A DNA stretch of 58,519 nucleotides from Welwitschia mirabilis (taxonomy: Eukaryota): assembly GCA_051453625.1 (NCBI GenBank), contig JBOZIK010000001.1, positions 27,780,562 to 27,839,080 on the forward strand, read 5' to 3'. Positions 51,501 through 58,519 of the stretch are shown in pieces. The position numbers and the translations under genes are program-made. Position 1 is the stretch's first letter. Each line of letters begins with the position of its first letter. The notes under the pieces were generated by a model, which did not search any database, had not been told where the DNA came from, and worked only from the letters and a program-made list of their open reading frames with translations.

Positions 51501-53420
51501 AAATGATGATGATTCTTGCTTTTAACTCGAATATGAAATTTTGGATCAAAATTCAACATCCTACTCTTTAGGAGATGAGCAAAGGGAAGATAATAATAAC
51601 TCAACTTGATCTTTTAACAATCAAGATGAGGATGACTATTTATTAGATAATGATATTGAGCTATTAGATTATATTCTTACAATTCATTTACTACTAGATA
51701 CTTAAGATGAGAAATCCACTCATGAAAAATATGATAAATTTTCAATAAATGATGAAGAGGATGCTCTTATTTATCTTGATAATCTTTTTGATTAATCTAA
51801 TAACTTAGAGAATGAAAGTGATATTCAATAAAATAAGGAATATATAATTACAAACAATGATGAGGAAAGTAAAGCAACAACCCAATCAAGTACTGATCAA
51901 AATAATAGTAAAGAAACTAAATATAATGAAGGATTCATAAATATTTATTTAAACTTTATAGAGGATAGACTTGTTAATTTTACCCATACTTGTACATCTC
52001 TGCTTTTCTATACAATTTCAAATCATATCCTTTCCTCCACTTCTTCTTTTACTTCTACTTCCACTTTCACATTATCTTATAATCTTAATAAAGATAATCT
52101 TCCTTTATCTTTTCCAATTAAACCTTTATATAATTCTCAAGGTCATGTTCCTTTACTTGACCTTCATAAAACTCATAATCTTAAAGAGTCTATTTCTCCT
52201 ATCTCTCACTCTCTTCCTTTTAAAATTTCATGTGATTATCAAAGGAATACTTGNNNNNNNNNNNNNNNNNNNNNNNNNNNNNNNNNNNNNNNNNNNNNNN
52301 NNNNNNNNNNNNNNNNNNNNNNNNNNNNNNNNNNNNNNNNNNNNNNNNNNNNNNNNNNNNNNNNNNNNNNNNNNNNNNNNNNNNNNNNNNNNNNNNNNNN
52401 NNNNNNNNNNNNNNNNNNNNNNNNNNNNNNNNNNNNNNNNNNNNNNNNNNNNNNNNNNNNNNNNNNNNNNNNNNNNNNNNNNNNNNNNNNNNNNNNNNNN
52501 NNNNNNNNNNNNNNNNNNNNNNNNNNNNNNNNGTAAGAGTAATCTTTAATAAGAGAAGGAAGATATAGTCACAACTAATAAAGATGAAATACAATCCAAT
52601 CAACTAATGGCATGGATACTAGTGAAGAACTAGGAATCAATGAAGGACCCATAAAGATTCATTTAAATTGCATATAGAATAGACCTGTTTATTCCACTCA
52701 TACTTCTACATTTTCCACGTCTATGCCTTCACACTCAATTGCAAATCACATCCTTCCCTCCACTCCCTCTTTTACTTCTATTTCCACCTTTACATTACCT
52801 CATAGCTTTGATGATAATCACCTTTCTCCATCTTTTCCAATTACATCTTCATATAATTCTCAAAGCCATGTTCCTTTTCTTGACTCTCATAACACTCATT
52901 ACTTTGAAGAGTTTTTTTCTTTTGTCTCTCAATCTTTTCTTTATAAACCTTTATATGATCCTCAAAGTAACATTCTTCCTTTTTGTATCAAGTGTACTAT
53001 ACCTTATGCTTTTAATGATTATTCTTTTCAAAAGTTTGACTTGGAATATCTTGGAATGTTACATTAGGAAAAGCCTTATCTTTTTGATGATAATCCATGC
53101 TTAGAGTTGAATTTTAAAGAGATTTTCAATCTTATTAAGCATTCTCAAAAGCCCTTAAAGACTTTTGGATCCATTCTTTAAGTTGTACCTTGAACAAATT
53201 ATATAACGATACTCATGCTTTATAATGTTTTAATAAGGGATTATTTGTCAATAAACTTTATCACCTCTTTATCTCTTAATTGGCTTTAAAAATTTATGCT
53301 CTTAAATTTTTCTCATTTTATTCTTTTTACCTTCCATTGATTTTACTACAAAATTATTGTATACTTTTATGTTTTATCAATTGGTTTCTATTTGATTTAA
53401 CCCTTTTTTTTTTGAAAATT
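48520..53420 (+). pseudogene. Degenerate, duplicated ORF remnants of family C: gag-like N-terminus, then E/D/N-rich and S/H/P-rich segments
   Basis: Start KYQMERNLIEENIR*GLF is homologous to the family-B gag start; then YYEEEN.LKE coiled-coil-like and acidic tracts; no capsid, PR or RT motif seen. Confidence 0.55.
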
Positions 53421-55689
53421 ACAATAACAAAGTGCATATTTTACTCAACCAGTTAAACCACTTAACGATTAGGTCATTATCTTCCAAAAAAGTACATCTT
53501 TAAATGGCTCCATTGAAACTTTCAACTTGAATACTTATAAAATTCAAAAGTTAATGGATATAAGATTAACAATCATTGAAATATCTATCTATTAAATTTT
53601 GAACATAATAGAAGTACTTGTATTGGAATTTTTCTTTACCATTAACTAAATTCTTCCTTAGCCGATTCTTTTGGTAAACATCATGCGAACATCTTTAACT
53701 TCACTAATGTTTTACTTTATGAAGTTACTATAATTAGTAAATATTTTACTTAAGCACTTTCAAATAATAAGATTGGATTATCCAATCTTTATAAATTTGT
53801 ATTTCTGTAAACTTCATTTTGAAGAAAGATGCATTGGTTCTTTTGTTTTTTTTTTAATGGTGTGAATAATTAGTTATTTTAGCATATTCTTCCTTATTAT
53901 TTATCTCATCACTTTACTTTTATCATTACAAGTATTTGATCATATGGAATTCAATATAAAAAAAAAAAGAAAAATAAGAAGAAGAAGAAGAATAAAAAAA
54001 GAAAGAAAAGAAATAAAGATCATTCTCTTTCATGTTATATTTTAAAATATGGCCCCCATGATGTCCTACTATAAGCACACCAAGGAAAATATTCTTAAGA
54101 GGGTCCTTTGGCAGTGTAATATCATAGCTGTGGAACTCCACTAAGGGATTAGTTGGCTATGCTATGTGGGTCCTTACTCCTCTAATAGTGGTTGCACTGC
54201 CCTCCTTATGGTAGAATAACTTAGAGGTTATGAGATTAGTGATGTCCTTCGTTTCATTAGAGGCATTGTTTGTTTTCTACACTCATGTTATTTACTTATT
54301 TATAATACTTCCACATGATTAATTTACTTTTTTAATATTCTATTATTTTTTTGAGATGATAGCTTATAATTTCATGTTTTAATAGCTTTTTATCTTATCA
54401 TTCATTATTTGATAACACTAGACATACTTGACATCGTCATCATCATTACTTATTTGAGTGGCANNNNNNNNNNNNNNNNNNNNNNNNNNNNNNNNNNNNN
54501 NNNNNNNNNNNNNNNNNNNNNNNNNNNNNNNNNNNNNNNNNNNNNNNNNNNNNNNNNNNNNNNNNNNNNNNNNNNNNNNNNNNNNNNNNNNNNNNNNNNN
54601 NNNNNNNNNNNNNNNNNNNNNNNNNNNNNNNNNNNNNNNNNNNNNNNNNNNNNNNNNNNNNNNNNNNNNNNNNNNNNNNNNNNNNNNNNNNNNNNNNNNN
54701 NNNNNNNNNNNNNNNNNNNNNNNNNNNNNNNNNNNNNNNNNNNNNNNNNNNNNNNNNNNNNNNNNNNNNNNNNNNNNNNNNNNNNNNNNNNNNNNNNNNN
54801 NNNNNNNNNNNNNNNNNNNNNNNNNNNNNNNNNNNNNNNNNNNNNNNNNNNNNNNNNNNNNNNNNNNNNNNNNNNNNNNNNNNNNNNNNNNNNNNNNNNN
54901 NNNNNNNNNCTTATCATTCATTATTTGATAACACTAGACATACTTGACATCGTCATCATCATTACTTATTTGAGTGGCACTTTCTGAATTTTCCAGTATG
55001 TCATGCATCATTATCAGGTGATTTTATGATTTCTACTAAGGAACTTTCCTAGGGCAAAATTTTAGGTAGGTAAGCAATCTTCTTCATGTTCCTAGTTGTC
55101 CATTTTCATTATGTTTTTCCTTTGTTGTCTTGTTTGAAATTTTCAAAGTCATTATTGTATCTTTTTCTCATAATAATTAATACTTGGTTATTTGGTAGTT
55201 TTCTCATTGTCTTTTTATTTTTACTCTTATTTTTTCTTTATCAGGATTGTTTTTCTTTTAAGCACTTTATTTTACTTCCTTTCTTTCACTTTGATTGATG
55301 TTTTTCTTTTATTTTATGCTAATGTTTTTATATTTTATTTTTGGTTTTGCATACATCCACTTACAACATCTTGAATACTCATGAAGTTTGGGATACATTT
55401 GAGGAGTCCTTCTGAGCATTGCTTCCTTCTACTTAAGTCATTATTATAGTCTCCTATGTCTCTTTCCCTGTGATCATTTTTTTCAAGATTAATTATTTAC
55501 TTTTTACCTTTTTTTTATTTTTATACTACTTTTTCACTACTTTCTTGCTGTCAAACTGTTTTGGATTTTTCCTACTCTATTCAAACATTTCATGTGAACA
55601 TTGTCGTCTTATGTATATCTTTCCTGTAACAAATAGGACAATAGTTATCCTTTTTACTCTGGGCAAGCTAGGATATCTTGCTTTACCTT

Positions 55690-55715
55690 GGGGGTAAGGG
55701 GGGAAGGGGGTGGGG
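55690..55715 (+). other. G-quadruplex-forming motif in the family-C 3' UTR
   Basis: G5-TAA-G6-AA-G5-T-G4. Confidence 0.7.
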
Positions 55716-56329
55716 AAAAGAACACCTCTCTAAGATTTCTTTTGATATATTTTGAAAAAAATTATAATTTTTAAATTTAAAAGAATCATTTTGAGCTTTC
55801 ATGATAAATACTTATGATGAGTTGTTTGGATATGCTTTCATAAATTTCATGAATTTTATTTAGTAGTAGCATAGTAGCACACTTATTAAGTTTCTAGTAA
55901 CTATGTTTTAGATCATTTAAAGAAAAAGAATTTCATCATTATTCTTTTACTTTATCCTTGTAGAAAACATTAATGAACTTTTCATGCATCATTCTTTGAA
56001 ATTATTACTACTTAAGGTTTACACATTAGTATTAGCATTACTTTCTCAATTTATGCAAACACAATATCATTTTCTGAACTATCATTATTACATTCTATGA
56101 TTTATTTATGTGTATGACATTCATTTCATCTATTATGATTTGTTTAAGTAGGGGACTTATAAATACATCAGTAGTTGTATCAGTTAATGGATTTTTATTG
56201 TCTATTCGTACATGATAAAATTTAACTAAAAATACATTTTTATAATTGCATATTATCTTAGTCAAATTGGCTTAAAATATAGTTAATTGATCATTTTATC
56301 CATGACTGATAAGGCTAAGTAGGGGACTA

Positions 56330-57699
56330 TGTTGTGATGACAATTTATAGGAATTTGATGATGTATTTAGAGTACTTTTGTAGGACATTTATAATAGGTT
56401 TGGATGCAATTCTAATGGTTATGAAGGAGTAAGAAGGATAATCATGGAAACACAAAATTATTGGCATAATTGGAGGTATTTTAGGCACGTTCTAGTACTT
56501 ATCATATTGGAGGGAGATCAATGATGAAGAAACCTATTTTGCTTTACCTGAGAAGCTTTGAAGAGGTATCATCCCCACTATTATTCCCATGATATAGGTC
56601 ATAGTAGCACTGTATCTACCTATTGTAATAGCAATGTGAACTAAAGATTAGAACCTACGAAGCCTCTTTTCTAAGGATGTGTTATTTACATTGTTGTTTC
56701 CATGACATGAGGGATGACAACACATCTAGAGATAACTATGAGGCTAATTGTGAACTTGGAAGCTATTGATTTATCTATTATTATAGGGCATCATATCTAG
56801 TATCGTCCCTATGAGAGTTAGGATATAACTATTTTATATAAGCGAGGCTAAATTATCTTGTAATAGGTTCATATACCCCACTTGGGCTATTAAGGTTTTT
56901 TCTCTGACTTCTAGGGTTACATTTCTAGAGCTTTTAATGTAAAACTATAAATACCCCCTCTTGTTCTTACTTTCATTTCATCTTTCATACTTGATAGGCC
57001 TGTGATCAAGATTAAAGGGCACGAGATCCATCCACTAGCTACAGAAAGGAGTTCTCTTGGTATTAGGCTAAGTCTCTTCTATTGAGGTGCTACTATTTTT
57101 TTTTAAGTGAATGTAAAGTTCTTGAATTAATCCAATTACATTTTGAATCAATATAATTGCTCTTTTCATTCCAATTCTATGTATGTCCCTTATGGTTTAA
57201 ATTGATCATAGTTAAGTGATAGCTCTATGATTTATTTAGATTATAAGGACAATCTTTATTAAGGTTGACTTTGGTTAGTATTAAATTACATTATTATTCC
57301 ATTTCCATTTCACAATGCATTACTTATTCTACTTGGTATATCTCATAGTTCATGTTGATTAGGAACAAGTTAAATACTCTTCTTGATTAATATGAATTAT
57401 AGAGAGCTAGTTCTTGTGATAGAAGAATTAGGAACCAATAGAATTCATTCCATTTCCATTTACATTTTAACTCTATTCACTTACATTTCATTTACTTTAT
57501 TATTTACTTTCAATTATTAAAAGATAAAAGACTAAAAATAACTTTTAGGAATCAATTCTCTAACTTTGAGCCTAGTGCCTTCGTTGGGATTATGATATTC
57601 AAATGAACTCTTGACTATACTAGTGGTGTTTTCTGCAAGTTATTTGATTTATAGGTTTACCTATAGAACTTCAAGATTGTATAACTTCAAATTGCAACA
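56330..57699 (+). repeat. Family-C LTR 2, shared between units
   Basis: PPT AAGGCTAAGTAGGGGACTA upstream; TGTTG...TGCAACA termini; PBS downstream. Confidence 0.92.
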
Positions 57700-57702
57700 T
57701 TT

Positions 57703-57720
57703 TGGTGCCGTTTCCAAGAA
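57703..57720 (+). promoter_or_regulatory. tRNA-Asp-type PBS (best-preserved copy)
   Basis: TGGTGCCGTTTCCAAGAA vs Athila TGGCGCCGTTGCCGGGGA. Confidence 0.8.
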
Positions 57721-58519
57721 GGCTGTAAGGAGTTGGAGAATTATCACTAACCAGATAAGTACGTTGAATCTTCTATTTAGATTATTTATTTGAATTAGCG
57801 ATGTATTTTTAGCTTAACTTAAAGTAGGTTTATTTCTGCAAAATTTTATTTTCTGTAATTTTTTTAGGGACCCTGTCATTCTCTCTATCGTCTCAACAAC
57901 ATTGGACATGACAGTTCTAAAACTTTAAAATTAGTTTTTATTTTCGTAATTTTTCTCTTATTTTTAGTTTAGTAATAAAAGGACTGTCATCTCCTCTATC
58001 GTCCCCATGATAGATCAGATGACAGTCCTAATAGTCTGGTTTTTCCAAGTTTCAGTAATTTTTTTCAGAGTTTAGTTTTTCTATGATCATCGTTCCCCCT
58101 ATCATTCTCATGACCAGGTAGATGATGGTATGTTGTATTTGATTTCAGTTTTTATTTACTATTTGAGCATGTAGAGATATGATGAATTCTAGTAGAAAGA
58201 CAAAATATCAGCAAGAGAAGAACTTGATTATAGGAAACATTAGAGAAGGATTATTCGACTTTGAGTAAAACCTAGATATGCACATCCAAGGTACGCAATT
58301 TCCCAGAATTAAAAAAAAGAAGGTTTTTTATATTTTTATTATTTTAGAATTAGATTTCCCTTTCCCTATGTAGTCATTCTGTTAGTTATTTTCATGATAA
58401 TTAGAGTAATCGTGATTTCACATCTTTTGAGAGTTAAGGATCCATAATTTTGATAAAATAATGACACATCAAAGAAAACAGAACTTGATCTTCATCGTGT
58501 CCTTATCTTCCTTACCATC

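Larger units (their letters stand above)
46689..58519 (+). mobile_element. Tandem array of a pol-less (LARD-like) Athila-related element, family C; continues past the window
   Basis: LTR-PBS-internal-PPT-LTR-PBS-internal; three copies of the internal 5' region (~48500, ~50510, ~58165); no RT/INT motifs. Confidence 0.85.

Noticed and set aside
54394..54980. Identical ~70-bp direct repeat flanking the 447-N gap
   Set aside because: Perfect identity at contig ends indicates unmerged overlap, not a biological repeat.
55086..55697. Hydrophobic F/L-rich ORFs resembling membrane proteins (also 38903-39160, 17267-17778)
   Set aside because: Expected by chance in T-rich sequence; several overlapping frames look alike and no homologous copy supports a frame.

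Overview
A very AT-rich, gapped (9 N-blocks) eukaryotic window, almost certainly plant heterochromatin, made of nested and heavily decayed LTR retrotransposons. I found no intact gene, RNA gene or CRISPR array. From left to right: (1) a minus-strand LTR (family A) inserted into an Athila-like Ty3/gypsy gag-PR-RT remnant (1611-4505); (2) a complete but internally deleted Ty1/copia element with two LTRs and a TAATT target-site duplication (4977-9869); (3) a second copia pol/3' LTR remnant (about 14.5-16.4 kb); (4) a near full-length Sirevirus-like copia with env-like ORF and repeated cis motifs (20812-28593), whose 3' LTR is cut by another family-A LTR; (5) a minus-strand Athila-like element (LTR family D) whose 3' region appears to carry a plant-mobile-domain-like ORF; (6) inserted in it, a 10.7 kb four-LTR compound element (family B, 33119-43820) bounded by a single ACCAT TSD and holding three different internal regions; (7) a tandem array of a pol-less element (family C, 46689 to window end). 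Families A-D share TGTTG...CAACA termini and internal LTR motifs; A-C also show a decayed tRNA-Asp-type PBS. The most interesting signal is a clade of non-autonomous Athila-like elements that form shared-LTR tandem arrays and share non-canonical modules. All alignments and identities were judged by eye, so boundaries without a TSD are approximate.
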